The notes: a model not told the origin generated them from the letters alone. A DNA stretch of 64,000 bases from Erythrobacter sp. (GCA_046296155.1 JBKBLW010000006.1:46230-110229); one strand, 5' to 3'; shown: positions 46,115-56,097, numbered from the stretch's first letter. Made by a program: numbers and translations.

Positions 46115-46240
46115 TCAGCCCTGACGAGCCTTGAAGCGGCGGTTGGTCTTGTTGATCACATAGGTGCGGCCACGACGACGGATCACCCGGTTATCGCGGT
46201 GGCGGCTCTTCAGCGACTTGAGGCTGTTGACGATCTTCAT
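46115..46240 (-). CDS. rpmJ: 50S ribosomal protein L36
   Basis: Below the ORF-track size cut-off. My translation is [41 protein letters not shown] (41 aa). Confidence 0.93.
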   Translation of the reverse strand: MKIVNSLKSLKSRHRDNRVIRRRGRTYVINKTNRRFKARQG

Positions 46241-46330
46241 GCTTGGTCTCTTGCAAAAAACAAACGCGCCGGATCAGGGCCCGACGCGCGGTAAATCTGG
46301 ATGCGCCGATAGCGGCGCCGGGCCTGCGCG

Positions 46331-47386
46331 TCAATCTGCCTCGGCCATATCGGCGGCGCGAATTGCCGCCAAACGGCGTTCCCACGCCAAGGCATGGGCA
46401 ATAATCACATCAAGATCGGCATATTTGGGCTGCCAGGCAATATGCGCCTTGAGCCGCGCGGGATCGGAAATCAGCGAATCGGGATCGCCCGCGCGGCGCG
46501 GCTCCATCCGGCGCATCAGCGTCACGCCCGCCACGCGCTCCACCGCATCGAGCACTTCGAGCACCGAGAACCCGCGGCCATAGCCGCAATTGAAGGTGAG
46601 CGAGCAGGCGGGGTCTGCCATCAGCGCTTCGAGCACCAGCACATGGGCGGCTGCCAGATCGCTGACATGGATATAATCGCGCACGCCCGTGCCATCGGGG
46701 GTGGGATAATCGGTGCCGAACACGCTCACGCCGTCACGCTGCCCGAGCGCGGCTTCGAGGGCGACCTTGATGAGGTGGGTCGCGCCAGCAGTGGATTGCC
46801 CGCAGCGCGCCAGCGGATCAGCGCCTGCCACGTTGAAATAGCGCAGCACGCCATAATTGAAGGGGTGGGCAGCCGCGACATCGGCAAGCATCTGCTCGGT
46901 CATCAGCTTCGACCAGCCATAGGGGTTGATCGGGCGCTGCGGCGTATCCTCGCTCACGGCGGCGACATCGGGGATGCCATAGGTGGCAGCGGTTGATGAA
47001 AAGATCATGTGCCGCACCCCGCCTTCAACCGCTGCGGCAATCAGCGCGCGGCTTTTGGCGGTGTTGTTGTGATAATATTTGAGCGGATCGGCGACACTTT
47101 CAGGCACCACGATCGAGCCGGCAAAATGCATGATCGCTGCGATGCCTTCCGCGGCAAAAATCCGCGCCAGCAAAGCCTCATCGGCAATGTCGCCTTCGTA
47201 CAGCGGCACGCCCTCAGGCACGGCAAAACGAAAGCCGGTGGAAAGATTGTCGATCACCACCGGGCGATAGCCGGCCTCGATCAGCGCGAGCACCGCGTGG
47301 CTGCCGATATAGCCGGCGCCGCCAGTCACAAGCACGCTGGTTTGCGAGGAAGGAATCTTGCAGGATCTATTCATGGAGCATCCCAT
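46331..47386 (-). CDS. galE: UDP-glucose 4-epimerase
   Basis: VLVTGGAGYIGSH, YGWSKLMTEQML (YxxxK), and RDYIHVSDLA. The start may be the Met at 47374. Confidence 0.9.
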   Translation of the reverse strand: MGCSMNRSCKIPSSQTSVLVTGGAGYIGSHAVLALIEAGYRPVVIDNLSTGFRFAVPEGVPLYEGDIADEALLARIFAAEGIAAIMHFAGSIVVPESVADPLKYYHNNTAKSRALIAAAVEGGVRHMIFSSTAATYGIPDVAAVSEDTPQRPINPYGWSKLMTEQMLADVAAAHPFNYGVLRYFNVAGADPLARCGQSTAGATHLIKVALEAALGQRDGVSVFGTDYPTPDGTGVRDYIHVSDLAAAHVLVLEALMADPACSLTFNCGYGRGFSVLEVLDAVERVAGVTLMRRMEPRRAGDPDSLISDPARLKAHIAWQPKYADLDVIIAHALAWERRLAAIRAADMAEAD

Positions 47387-47487
47387 AACATGGCTTGGCT
47401 CACAAATTGTGAACGCTCAGCAGACTACCCTCGGCTTGTGCCCCGGCCTGCGTACGTTTAGAACTTGGTGCCAGAGAGGATCCCCCA

Positions 47488-48132
47488 ATGCGCCTGACTG
47501 CCCCTATCCCCCCGGCCCTTGCTGCCGCCGTGCTTGCCGGATCGCTGGCGCTTGGCGCCTGCGCTGCGCCATTCACCGGCCCGGTGGAAATCACGCGCTT
47601 TGTCGGCCCCGATCAGGCGGCATTGGGGCGCGGCACGATCAGCGTGAGCCTCGCTGACGGACCGCCCGATGATCTCACCCGCGCAGCCTTTGTCAGCGCG
47701 GTGGGCGAGCAGCTGAGCCGCCTTGGCTACACGGTTGTGCCGCAAGGCGCAGCCGCCCAGCAGAGCGCCACCATCCGGACCAGTCGCGCCGCGATTGCAA
47801 GCGCCCAACCTGCCAGGCGCGGTCCTGTCAGCGTGGGTGTGGGCGGGCAGACCGGCGGCTGGGGCAGCGGGGTCGGCATGGGTGTCGGCATCAATCTTGG
47901 CGGCGGTCAGCGTGGGCCCAACGTCAACACCGAACTGGCGGTGCGGATCAATGATGCAGCCGGGCGCAGCCTGTGGGAGGGCCGCGCGCAAATGGCCACC
48001 GCGGTCAAATCGCCCTATTCGCAGCCCAGCCTTGCCGCACGCACACTGGCAAGCGGCTTGTTCCGTGGCTTTCCCGGTGGCAATGGCGAGACCATCACCA
48101 TCCGCGCCTCGGAGCTTCAACCCGCCCCATGA
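47488..48132 (+). CDS. Lipoprotein (DUF4136-like with a Gly-rich insert)
   Basis: Lipobox SLALGAC. Gly-zipper-like [25 protein letters not shown]. The stop overlaps the downstream start (ATGA). Confidence 0.6.
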   Translation: MRLTAPIPPALAAAVLAGSLALGACAAPFTGPVEITRFVGPDQAALGRGTISVSLADGPPDDLTRAAFVSAVGEQLSRLGYTVVPQGAAAQQSATIRTSRAAIASAQPARRGPVSVGVGGQTGGWGSGVGMGVGINLGGGQRGPNVNTELAVRINDAAGRSLWEGRAQMATAVKSPYSQPSLAARTLASGLFRGFPGGNGETITIRASELQPAP

Positions 48133-49265
48133 ATTCGCTGTTCATCGACGCCGCTTTCGACAGCGGCAATATCGACGTGCTTTCCATCGACGGCACTACC
48201 GCCCGCCTGGCGATCCGCAAGGATCACCTGTCCGACTTTTTCCAGTGGTTCCATTTTCGCGTATGCGGCCCGGTGGGCGAGGAATTGGTGCTCAAGATCA
48301 CCGGGCTGAACGCCGCTGCCTATCCGGGCGGATGGCCGGGCTATGATGCGTGCGTGTCGGAAGACCGCGACTATTGGGGGCGCGCGCCGTCCACCTTCGA
48401 CAAGGACGAAGACGGCGGCACGCTCACCATCCGCTATACCCCGCAATCGAGCCTCGCCTGGTTCGCCTATTTCGCGCCCTTTTCGATGGAGCGCCATTAC
48501 GACCTGATTGCTGACGCTGCCGCCAGCGAAGGGGTGGAGGTGGTGCAGCTTGGCACCACACTCGATGGCCAGCCGATCGACTGCATCGAAATGGGCGAAG
48601 GCACAACGCAGGTGTGGCTCTATGCCCGCCAGCATCCGGGCGAGACCATGGCCGAATGGTGGATCGAGGGCGCGCTGGATTGCCTGCTCGATCCGGCCGA
48701 CCCGGTGGGACGCCGGTTGCGCCGTGATTGTGCCTTGCACATCGTGCCCAACTGCAACCCCGATGGCTCGCGCCGCGGGCATTTGCGTACCAATGCGGCG
48801 GGGGTGAACCTCAACCGCGAATGGGATAATCCCACGCCCGAACGCTCACCCGAAGTGCTGGCGATCCGCAATCGGATGGATGCAACCGGCGTCGATTTCG
48901 CGATGGACATCCACGGCGATGAAGCGATTCCCGCGGTGTTCCTTGCCGGCTTTGAGGGCATCCCTTCCTGGACGGCAGAGCAGGGGGAGCGGTTTTATCT
49001 TTACCAGCGCATCCTCGATCGCCGCACGTCCGACTTCCAGACCAGGCTCGGCTATCCCAAGGCAGCGACCGGCAAGGCCAACCTGTCGATGAGCACCAAC
49101 CAGCTGGCCGAACGCTTCGGCGCCTGTGCGATGACGCTGGAAATGCCGTTCAAGGATCTCGCAGATTTCCCCGAGCCCGAACAGGGCTGGTCGCCCGAGC
49201 GCTGCAAATTGTTCGCGCGCGAATGCATGGCCGCATTGGTGGAATGGCTCGATACGCGGGTTTAG
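48129..49265 (+). CDS. M14-family zinc carboxypeptidase, cytosolic-carboxypeptidase (CCP/Nna1, M14D)-like
   Basis: Start [16 protein letters not shown].., comparable to the FESGNL motif of the CCP N-domain. Zn ligands [10 protein letters not shown] (HxxE) and [12 protein letters not shown] substrate motif. No signal peptide. Confidence 0.82.
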   Translation: MNSLFIDAAFDSGNIDVLSIDGTTARLAIRKDHLSDFFQWFHFRVCGPVGEELVLKITGLNAAAYPGGWPGYDACVSEDRDYWGRAPSTFDKDEDGGTLTIRYTPQSSLAWFAYFAPFSMERHYDLIADAAASEGVEVVQLGTTLDGQPIDCIEMGEGTTQVWLYARQHPGETMAEWWIEGALDCLLDPADPVGRRLRRDCALHIVPNCNPDGSRRGHLRTNAAGVNLNREWDNPTPERSPEVLAIRNRMDATGVDFAMDIHGDEAIPAVFLAGFEGIPSWTAEQGERFYLYQRILDRRTSDFQTRLGYPKAATGKANLSMSTNQLAERFGACAMTLEMPFKDLADFPEPEQGWSPERCKLFARECMAALVEWLDTRV

Positions 49266-49687
49266 GCGAGGTTGCTTGGGCCGAAAGCGTGAGGGAGCAG
49301 CACGGATAGCGCCACGCGGCGCACTTGGGCATCGCCCACGCACAGCACCACAGGATCAGTGCCGCCCAGGCTTGCAACTTCGTTGAGCATCTGGCGGCAG
49401 CGGCCGCATGGGCTTATCGGTTCGGCACCCGCGGCCAGCCCGATCACCGCCACCGCGACCAGCCCGCCGCGCCGCCCGGCTTCAAGCGCCTTGGCGACCG
49501 CGACAGTCTCGGCGCACAGCGAAAGACCATAGCTCGCATTCTCGGTGTTGCAGCCGGTGATCACCGCGCCATCATCAAACAGGAGGGCGGCGCCCACCGG
49601 GTAATTGGAATAGGGCGCATAGGCTTGGCCTGCCGCCGCGCGCGCGGCAGCAATCAGGGCCGATTCCTGCGCTTCACTCAGGCTCAT
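49262..49687 (-). CDS. cdd: Cytidine deaminase
   Basis: Internal start MSLSEAQ.. overlaps the upstream stop. [14 protein letters not shown], the CAE zinc motif (LCAETVAV), and PCGRCRQ. Confidence 0.88.
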   Translation of the reverse strand: MSLSEAQESALIAAARAAAGQAYAPYSNYPVGAALLFDDGAVITGCNTENASYGLSLCAETVAVAKALEAGRRGGLVAVAVIGLAAGAEPISPCGRCRQMLNEVASLGGTDPVVLCVGDAQVRRVALSVLLPHAFGPSNLA

Positions 49688-50403
49688 TTCTGCACCACCG
49701 CCCATTCGATCGGGTCCTCGCTCGCCTCGCTTTCGAGCGAAGCGTTGGCGCTCCATAGCAGCCATGGCCGCCCCGCATAGTCCGGCTGGGCGCGGTCGCG
49801 CATCAGCCACAGGTCGCGCTCCAGCGCCTGCGCGCTGCGGTGGCGCGCCTGAAAACCGCGCGCGAGCTTGAGGATGACAGGCTTGCCCGCGTGGGTTTCG
49901 ATCTGGTTGATCAGCGTGACCAGCTCGCTTTCGACCGCCGCATCGCTGACCGGCTGCGCGCAGCTGTCACCCAGCCGTTGCAAGGCAATCGCTGGCGGCA
50001 GCCAGGTGGCATCGCGCGGCACCATGCGGCTGAAGAAGGCCGATTGTGCATCCGCGCTGCGGCACGGATCGAACACATGCACCACGCCGACCTTGAGCCC
50101 GGCCTCGCGCGCAGCGGCCAGCCTTGCGGCAAAGCCGGGATCAGGCGGGCCGCCTTCCTGCGGCAATTCGAGATAGGCAAAGGCGCCGCCCAGCGCCTTG
50201 AGCGTGGCAAAGCGCACCGCGCCGGCATTGCTGGCGATCACGGCGCCTTGTTCGGGGAAAGTGGTCTCATCAGGCCGCCAGGTCCGCATGTCCCACCACA
50301 GCCACACCACAAAGGCGCCCGCGACCAGCACGGCGAGCGCCGCCAGCCGCCACAACCCGCGCATCGCGCGCCCGCGCGCTGCTCCCTTCCCGCGCCGCGC
50401 CAC
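49684..50403 (-). CDS. Membrane-anchored GH25 (lysozyme)-like protein, catalytic residues apparently substituted
   Basis: TM anchor LWRLAALAVLVAGAFVVWLWW. By eye it aligns with GH25 muramidases: QGAVIAS..FAYLELPQEG..AGLKVGVVHVF..LPPAIALQ..WLLWSAN versus QGIDVSH..FAYIKATEG..AGIIRGAYHF..LPGVLDIE..WTFWQYS. Confidence 0.6.
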   Translation of the reverse strand: MARRGKGAARGRAMRGLWRLAALAVLVAGAFVVWLWWDMRTWRPDETTFPEQGAVIASNAGAVRFATLKALGGAFAYLELPQEGGPPDPGFAARLAAAREAGLKVGVVHVFDPCRSADAQSAFFSRMVPRDATWLPPAIALQRLGDSCAQPVSDAAVESELVTLINQIETHAGKPVILKLARGFQARHRSAQALERDLWLMRDRAQPDYAGRPWLLWSANASLESEASEDPIEWAVVQK

Positions 50404-50406
50404 CCC

Positions 50407-50940
50407 TTAGCCCTTGATATGCAGCACGCAGATCAGCGTGAACAAGCGCCGCGCAGTGGCAAAATCGGTCTCGACCTTGCCTTCAAGCCGTTCCAGCAGC
50501 ATTTCGGCGGCATTGTTGTGGATGCCGCGCCGCGCCATATCGATGGTCTCGATCTCGGCCGGTGTGGCCTTGCGGATCGCCTGATAATAGCTGTCGCAGA
50601 TCGCGAAATATTCGCGGATCGGGCGGCGGAACCGTGCCATGCCGATCAGCAGCGTTTCAAGCAACTGCCCGCCCGTATCGCTGACATCCATGGCCAGCCG
50701 CCCGTCACGCACCGCCAGGTGCAGGTGATAGGGGCCGTGGGCGCCGCGCTCGATACTGCGGACGGGCTTGAAGATGTTTTCCTCGATCAGATCATAAATC
50801 GCCACCCGGCGTTCCTGCTCGACATCGGCATTGCGCCACAGGATCGTCGCCTCATCGAGCGTGATATGGACAATGCGGTGCCCACCCGCCGGACCAGCGG
50901 CAGGGGACAGGGGCAGGGAATCAGGCGGAAGATCAGCCAT
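50407..50940 (-). CDS. UPF0262 family protein
   Basis: HRIVHITLDEATILWRNADVEQERRVAIYDLIEENIFKPV matches the conserved alphaproteobacterial UPF0262 core. Confidence 0.8.
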   Translation of the reverse strand: MADLPPDSLPLSPAAGPAGGHRIVHITLDEATILWRNADVEQERRVAIYDLIEENIFKPVRSIERGAHGPYHLHLAVRDGRLAMDVSDTGGQLLETLLIGMARFRRPIREYFAICDSYYQAIRKATPAEIETIDMARRGIHNNAAEMLLERLEGKVETDFATARRLFTLICVLHIKG

Positions 50941-50999
50941 CTTTCGTGCCTTCGCAGATGCAGGGGGCGAACTTCAAGCACTTCGGCAAACTCTCCCCA

Positions 51000-51008
51000 C
51001 TATCCACA
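51000..51008 (+). promoter_or_regulatory. DnaA-box-like 9-mer upstream of dnaB
   Basis: CTATCCACA matches TTATCCACA at 8/9 positions. It lies 68 nt upstream of the dnaB ATG in the divergent spacer with the UPF0262 gene. Confidence 0.3.
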
Positions 51009-51075
51009 GGCGGGCGCGGCGAATTTACCGCACAGCAGCCTTGCGCGAAGGGGCGGGCGGGGCGCATCAGGGGAC

Positions 51076-52587
51076 ATGGCCGAACCCGAAAAGATTATCC
51101 CGATTACGCCCGATGCTGGCGTAAACCTGCCCAAACTGCCCGCCAACCTCGAGGCGGAGGCAGCCTTTCTCGGCGCGGTGCTGATCGATAACCGCGTGAT
51201 CGAGGAGCTGACCGTGCCGATTCGCGCGGAGCATTTCTTCGAACCGCTTCATAGCCGCATCTACGCCCGCGCGCTGACCCTGATTGAACGCAATGCCACC
51301 GCCTCGCCGGTGACCTTGCGGCCCTATTTCGAAGCGGATGAGGCGCTGAAAGAACTGGGCGGCACGACTTATCTGGCGCAGCTGACGGCCAATGGCGCAG
51401 GCCTGCTCGCACCGCGCGAACTGGCGCAGCAGATCTATGATCTGGCGCTGCTGCGCGAATTGGTGAGCGTGGGGCGCGCGCTGGTCGAAGGGGCGCTGGA
51501 TACCTCGCAGGACACCTCGCCGCTCGAACGCATCGCGCAGGCCGAGGCCGATCTCTTCCGCGTCGCCGAAGGGGCGGCCACCGGCAGCGAGGCGGCCACT
51601 TTCCGCGAAGCGGCGCTGACCGCGATCAAGATGGCCGAAGCCGCGATGAATTCGGGCGGCGGCCTGTCGGGCAAGACCACGGGCCTTGCCGCCATCGACC
51701 AGAAAACCGCCGGCCTGCACCCGTCCGACCTTATCATCCTTGCAGGCCGCCCCGGCATGGGCAAAACCTCGCTTGCCACCAACATCGCCTTCAACTGCGC
51801 TGAGGAACACCTCAAGTGGCAGCGCGACGGGGGCGAATTCAACTATGGCGCGCCGGTTGCTTTCTTCAGCCTGGAAATGAGCGCGGATCAGCTCGCCACG
51901 CGCATTCTGGCAGAGCAGGCCGAGATTTCCTCCGAAGCCTTGCGTTCAGGCAAAATGACCCGCGAGGATTTCCACAAGCTGTCCTTTGCCAGCCAGCGCC
52001 TTGCCGAATTGCCGCTCTATATCGACGATACGCCCGCGCTCACGATCGCGGCTTTGCGCACCCGTGCGCGGCGGCTGAAGCGGCGGCACGATATCGGGCT
52101 TATCATCGTCGACTATCTGCAACTGCTGCAAGGCACGGGGCGCGGCAATGATAACCGCGTCAACGAAATCTCCGAAATCAGCCGCGGTCTCAAAACGCTG
52201 GCGAAAGAGCTTTCGGTGCCGGTGATCGCGCTGTCGCAGCTTTCCCGCGCGGTCGAACAGCGCGAAGACAAGCGCCCGATGCTGTCAGACCTGCGCGAAT
52301 CCGGTTCGATCGAGCAGGACGCCGACATGGTCTGGTTCGTCTTCCGCGAGGATTACTATCACCTGCTTGTCAAGCCCAACACGCCCGATGCCAATTCCTC
52401 GCCCGAGGAGAACGAGAAATATCGGGTATGGGAGGAAAAGCACGAACAGATCGTGGGCCGTGCGACTTTGATTGTCGCCAAGCAGCGCCATGGCTCAACC
52501 GGCAATGTGCGGCTCCACTTCCAGAGCGACATTACCAAGTTCACCTCGCCCAATTTCAAGGACTATTCGGATTACGGATACGAGTAA
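51076..52587 (+). CDS. dnaB: Replicative DNA helicase
   Basis: True start MAEPEKIIPI.. inside ORF 49840..52587. PANLEAEAAFLGAVLIDN, Walker A GRPGMGKTS, IIVDYLQLL, and IALSQLSRAVEQR. Confidence 0.95.
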   Translation: MAEPEKIIPITPDAGVNLPKLPANLEAEAAFLGAVLIDNRVIEELTVPIRAEHFFEPLHSRIYARALTLIERNATASPVTLRPYFEADEALKELGGTTYLAQLTANGAGLLAPRELAQQIYDLALLRELVSVGRALVEGALDTSQDTSPLERIAQAEADLFRVAEGAATGSEAATFREAALTAIKMAEAAMNSGGGLSGKTTGLAAIDQKTAGLHPSDLIILAGRPGMGKTSLATNIAFNCAEEHLKWQRDGGEFNYGAPVAFFSLEMSADQLATRILAEQAEISSEALRSGKMTREDFHKLSFASQRLAELPLYIDDTPALTIAALRTRARRLKRRHDIGLIIVDYLQLLQGTGRGNDNRVNEISEISRGLKTLAKELSVPVIALSQLSRAVEQREDKRPMLSDLRESGSIEQDADMVWFVFREDYYHLLVKPNTPDANSSPEENEKYRVWEEKHEQIVGRATLIVAKQRHGSTGNVRLHFQSDITKFTSPNFKDYSDYGYE

Positions 52588-52667
52588 GCACCGGAACCCG
52601 AAATTCCTTGGCTTGCCATGAACGGCACTCCCTGCCAGCTTTCCCTTGCAGGATTGGGGGGAAGGAC

Positions 52668-54743
52668 ATGGCCGCAAGGTATGGCCGCGCGGTGTTTGCC
52701 GCGATCATCGGGCTGATTTTCGCATCACTGGTGCCAGCTGCTGCAAACGCGCAGGACGCGCAGGCCGAAAAGGCGAAGGTGATGCGAGCCATCGCCGATC
52801 CCCGCTTCATGGCGGAGCGCAAGTGGCGCGAGGATGGCAGTGATGTCTCCGCTATCATGGTCGCGGGTAATGCGGCCACGGCATCGCGTATCCAATATGA
52901 GAAGCAGAATTGGGCCGCCGCTCTCGAGCGAGGCCTGATTGGCTGTCAGGGCAATCGGGCCGAAGGCTGCGACATCATCGGGCGCGTGCTGGCAGAAGGG
53001 CGCGTTGGCGCGCCCGAACCGCGCGCGGCAGAAATCGCCCATCGCAAGGCTGCCAGCCTTTACGCTTCCTCCTGCAAGGACAACCTATCGCCTGACATCT
53101 GCTGGGAAGGAGCCGATTTCCTCACGCTCTACGCCGTGCCGCAACTCCGCAACCCAAGCCTCGCGCGCATCTATTATACGCGCGCGCGCGATGGCTATAT
53201 CCAGAACTGTGAACGGAACGCCTTTGACTGCTATTTCGCCGGCATCTTGACTGAAAGCAAAAACGCCGGCTCCCCCGATCTCACCCGTGCGGTGCGCCTG
53301 CTTACCAGAGGCTGTGATCAAGAGGACAACCTCACCGACAGAGCCTCCGCGTGCAATCGGCTGGTCGAACTTCTCGCCTATGGCGAAGGGGTCCAGAACC
53401 AGCCCGAAGCGCGCCGCCGCATCGCCGGCAATCAGTGCTCTGCTGCCGCCCCACCGAAGAATCAATATGGCCGGGTTGACCGGCTCTATTGTGCCGTTGT
53501 GGCGGAATTCCTGTTCGATGGCGTTGGCGGCACGAAAGACCCGGTTATGGCCGAAAGGTTGATGCGGTTTTCGTGTGTGGATGGGCTGGAGGAAGCCTGC
53601 CAGTCGCTCACCAAACGCGGGATTGCCCGCGATGATTACAAGGACGCCATTGCACTGCGCGACCTCGGCCTTGAGCGCGGCGCGCGCGAGCGGTTTGAAA
53701 CCCTGTGCACCGCCAACAATGCGGCCGCCTGCAACGAAACCGGGCGGTTCTACCGCCGCGAAGAATCCGCCGAAGAAAAGGCCAAGGCGGGGCGCTTTTA
53801 TGCGCGCGCTTGCGATCTCGGTGAGATGGTCGGCTGTGCCAACCAGGCCGCGCTGCTGAGGGATTCCGGCAATCCGGCCGATCACCTCTTGGCCCGGACA
53901 GCATTTGGCAAGGCCTGCGATGCGGGTGATGCGCCCTCATGCTTTGATCTTGGCCGGATGCTGGCACAAGGCCGAGGCGGGCCGGCCGATATGGTGCGCG
54001 CCAATGCGCTCTATGATGCTGCCTGCAACGCCAACAACCGCACGGCCTGCTTTAATCTCGCCCAGAATGTGGCGCGCGGTGACGGGGCGCCTGCGGATCT
54101 GGTGCGGGCGCGGGCGCTTTATGAAAAATCCTGCGAACTGGGCGAACGGGCGGGTTGCAACAATCTTGGCTATGCTCTCGAAATTGGACGCGGCGGCCCG
54201 ATTGATCTGGCGCGGGCACGGGGCCTTTATGCCAAGGCCTGCCTGGGCGGGAACCCGATCAGCTGCGACAACATCGGCCGATTCAACCGCGATGGGCTGG
54301 GCGGGCCGGCTGATCCGGTGGCCGCGCGCGAGCAATTCGAGCGCGCCTGCAATGGCCGGGTGGCAACCGGGTGCAACAATTTCAGCGATTCGCTGCTATC
54401 GACAGCCGGAGGGCCAACCGATCGGGCCAAAGCGATCACTGCGCGCCGCTTCTCCTGTTTCGTGCTCGACAATCAGGATGCCTGCACTTGGCTGAGGCAG
54501 GGCGGCCACCGCGATCCGGCCGAGGAGGGGATCATTCTGGCCAACAGCAACCGGGTTGATCGCGCGCTGCCGCTGCTGCGCGAGGCCTGCAATGCGAACA
54601 GCGGCAAGGGGTGCGCGGCTCTCGCCAGTGCCACTCCGCTGAATGAGATGAGCAACAACGAGCGGATGAACCTGCTGCGCAAGGCCTGCAACCTCGGAGA
54701 CAAGGACGGCTGCGAACTGCTGCGGCGGCTTACCCAACAATAG
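52668..54743 (+). CDS. Secreted Sel1-like repeat (SLR) protein with paired cysteines (Hcp-like), about 16 repeats
   Basis: Start MAARYGRAVFAAIIGLIFASLVPAAANAQD (signal peptide) inside ORF 52428..54743. Repeated units such as RARALYEKSCELGERAGCNNLGYALEIGRGGPIDLARARGLYAKACLGGNPISCDNIG. Confidence 0.85.
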   Translation: MAARYGRAVFAAIIGLIFASLVPAAANAQDAQAEKAKVMRAIADPRFMAERKWREDGSDVSAIMVAGNAATASRIQYEKQNWAAALERGLIGCQGNRAEGCDIIGRVLAEGRVGAPEPRAAEIAHRKAASLYASSCKDNLSPDICWEGADFLTLYAVPQLRNPSLARIYYTRARDGYIQNCERNAFDCYFAGILTESKNAGSPDLTRAVRLLTRGCDQEDNLTDRASACNRLVELLAYGEGVQNQPEARRRIAGNQCSAAAPPKNQYGRVDRLYCAVVAEFLFDGVGGTKDPVMAERLMRFSCVDGLEEACQSLTKRGIARDDYKDAIALRDLGLERGARERFETLCTANNAAACNETGRFYRREESAEEKAKAGRFYARACDLGEMVGCANQAALLRDSGNPADHLLARTAFGKACDAGDAPSCFDLGRMLAQGRGGPADMVRANALYDAACNANNRTACFNLAQNVARGDGAPADLVRARALYEKSCELGERAGCNNLGYALEIGRGGPIDLARARGLYAKACLGGNPISCDNIGRFNRDGLGGPADPVAAREQFERACNGRVATGCNNFSDSLLSTAGGPTDRAKAITARRFSCFVLDNQDACTWLRQGGHRDPAEEGIILANSNRVDRALPLLREACNANSGKGCAALASATPLNEMSNNERMNLLRKACNLGDKDGCELLRRLTQQ

Positions 54744-54821
54744 GCGCATTTTCTTGACTCATGTCGCGCGGGTGCCTATGCGCGCGCACTTCCCGAACTT
54801 CTCTGAGCAAAGAGGCCGCCC

Positions 54822-55166
54822 ATGGCACGCGTTACCGTTGAAGATTGCGTCGATAAGGTTCCCAACCGCTTCGACCTCGTCCTGCTCGCTGCCCAGCGCG
54901 CGCGCGAAATCTCGGGCGGCAGCGAGCTGACGATTGATCGCGATCGTGACAAGAACCCGGTGGTGGCGCTGCGCGAGATCGCCGAACAGACGATCACGCC
55001 GCATGATCTGCGCGAAGCCCTGGTGACGAGCCTGCAGAAGATCCTGCCCGATGACGAGGACGAGGCCGATGAAATCGGCTCGCTCAGCCAATCTGCCGAA
55101 GCCCTGCGGATCACCGCGGCTGCGCCTGCCCGCAACACTTCGCTTGGCGGTGATTACGACGGCTGA
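54822..55166 (+). CDS. rpoZ: DNA-directed RNA polymerase subunit omega
   Basis: [30 protein letters not shown]. Confidence 0.95.
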   Translation: MARVTVEDCVDKVPNRFDLVLLAAQRAREISGGSELTIDRDRDKNPVVALREIAEQTITPHDLREALVTSLQKILPDDEDEADEIGSLSQSAEALRITAAAPARNTSLGGDYDG

Positions 55167-55197
55167 TCGGCCGCGCTTCCTCTATCGCATGTCTCGC

Positions 55198-55233
55198 AAG
55201 GCCGCCCCTCAACCGGGCGGCCTTTTTCTGTTT
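55198..55233 (+). terminator. Rho-independent terminator after rpoZ
   Basis: AAGGCCGCCC-ctcaacc-GGGCGGCCTT followed by TTTCTGTTT. Confidence 0.75.
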
Positions 55234-55365
55234 GGTGACCGACATCTGACCGCATGGGCCGGGCGCTTGCCTTGCGCTGGCGGCGCACACTATCGCTTGG
55301 CCTTGTAATCAAACCGTCATATCCTTCGCGCGGGGAGCGGGCATGGCAAAGGACGGCGCACACCA

Positions 55366-56097
55366 ATGGCGAGCATTGCAATCTACAGTGTCAAGGGCGG
55401 GGTCGGGAAAACCACTTTTGCAGTGAGCCTTGCCTGGTGCGCCTCGCAAATCTCGCGCCGCAAGACGCTGCTGTGGGACTTGGACGCGGCCAGCGGCTCG
55501 GGCTTTCTGCTGGGCATTGATCCGCGCAAGAAGCACGAAGCGCAAAGCGTGTTTGGCGACGGCGCCGATCCCGCCAAGCTGATCCAGCACAGCCGCTATC
55601 CGGGGCTTGATCTGCTGCCCGCCGATGAAAGCATCCGCACGCTCGATCGCCAGCTTGACCGGCTCGGCAAGAAGAAGCGGCTCGCCAAGCTGGTGGCGGG
55701 CCTTGCCAAGGATTATGATCGGATCATCTTCGATTGCCCGCCGGTGCTCAATGAAGTGAGCGCGCAGGTCATGCGCGCGGCTGATGTGGTGATCGTGCCG
55801 CTGCCCCCCTCGCCGCTGTCGGCGCGCGCGCTTGATGCCGTGGTTGAGGAAGTGCGCGGGGCTGGCAAGGGCCACCCGCCGATCCTGCCGGTGCTCTCGA
55901 TGATCGACATGCGCCGCGCGCTCCACCGCGAGGCGCGCGAGGCCAACCCCACCTGGCCGGTAGTGCCGCTCGCAAGCGCGGTGGAACAATGCGCGGTCGA
56001 ACGCCAGCCAGTCGCCGCCTTTGCGCCCAAGTCCCCGGCCTCGCGCGCCTTTGCGCAGCTGTGGACCGCGATCGAGCGCAAATTGGCGCGCAAATAA
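55366..56097 (+). CDS. Orphan ParA/Soj-like (deviant Walker A) ATPase
   Basis: MASIAIYSVKGGVGKTTFAVSLAW, IIFDCPP. 243 aa. No parB or parS is evident nearby. Confidence 0.85.
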   Translation: MASIAIYSVKGGVGKTTFAVSLAWCASQISRRKTLLWDLDAASGSGFLLGIDPRKKHEAQSVFGDGADPAKLIQHSRYPGLDLLPADESIRTLDRQLDRLGKKKRLAKLVAGLAKDYDRIIFDCPPVLNEVSAQVMRAADVVIVPLPPSPLSARALDAVVEEVRGAGKGHPPILPVLSMIDMRRALHREAREANPTWPVVPLASAVEQCAVERQPVAAFAPKSPASRAFAQLWTAIERKLARK

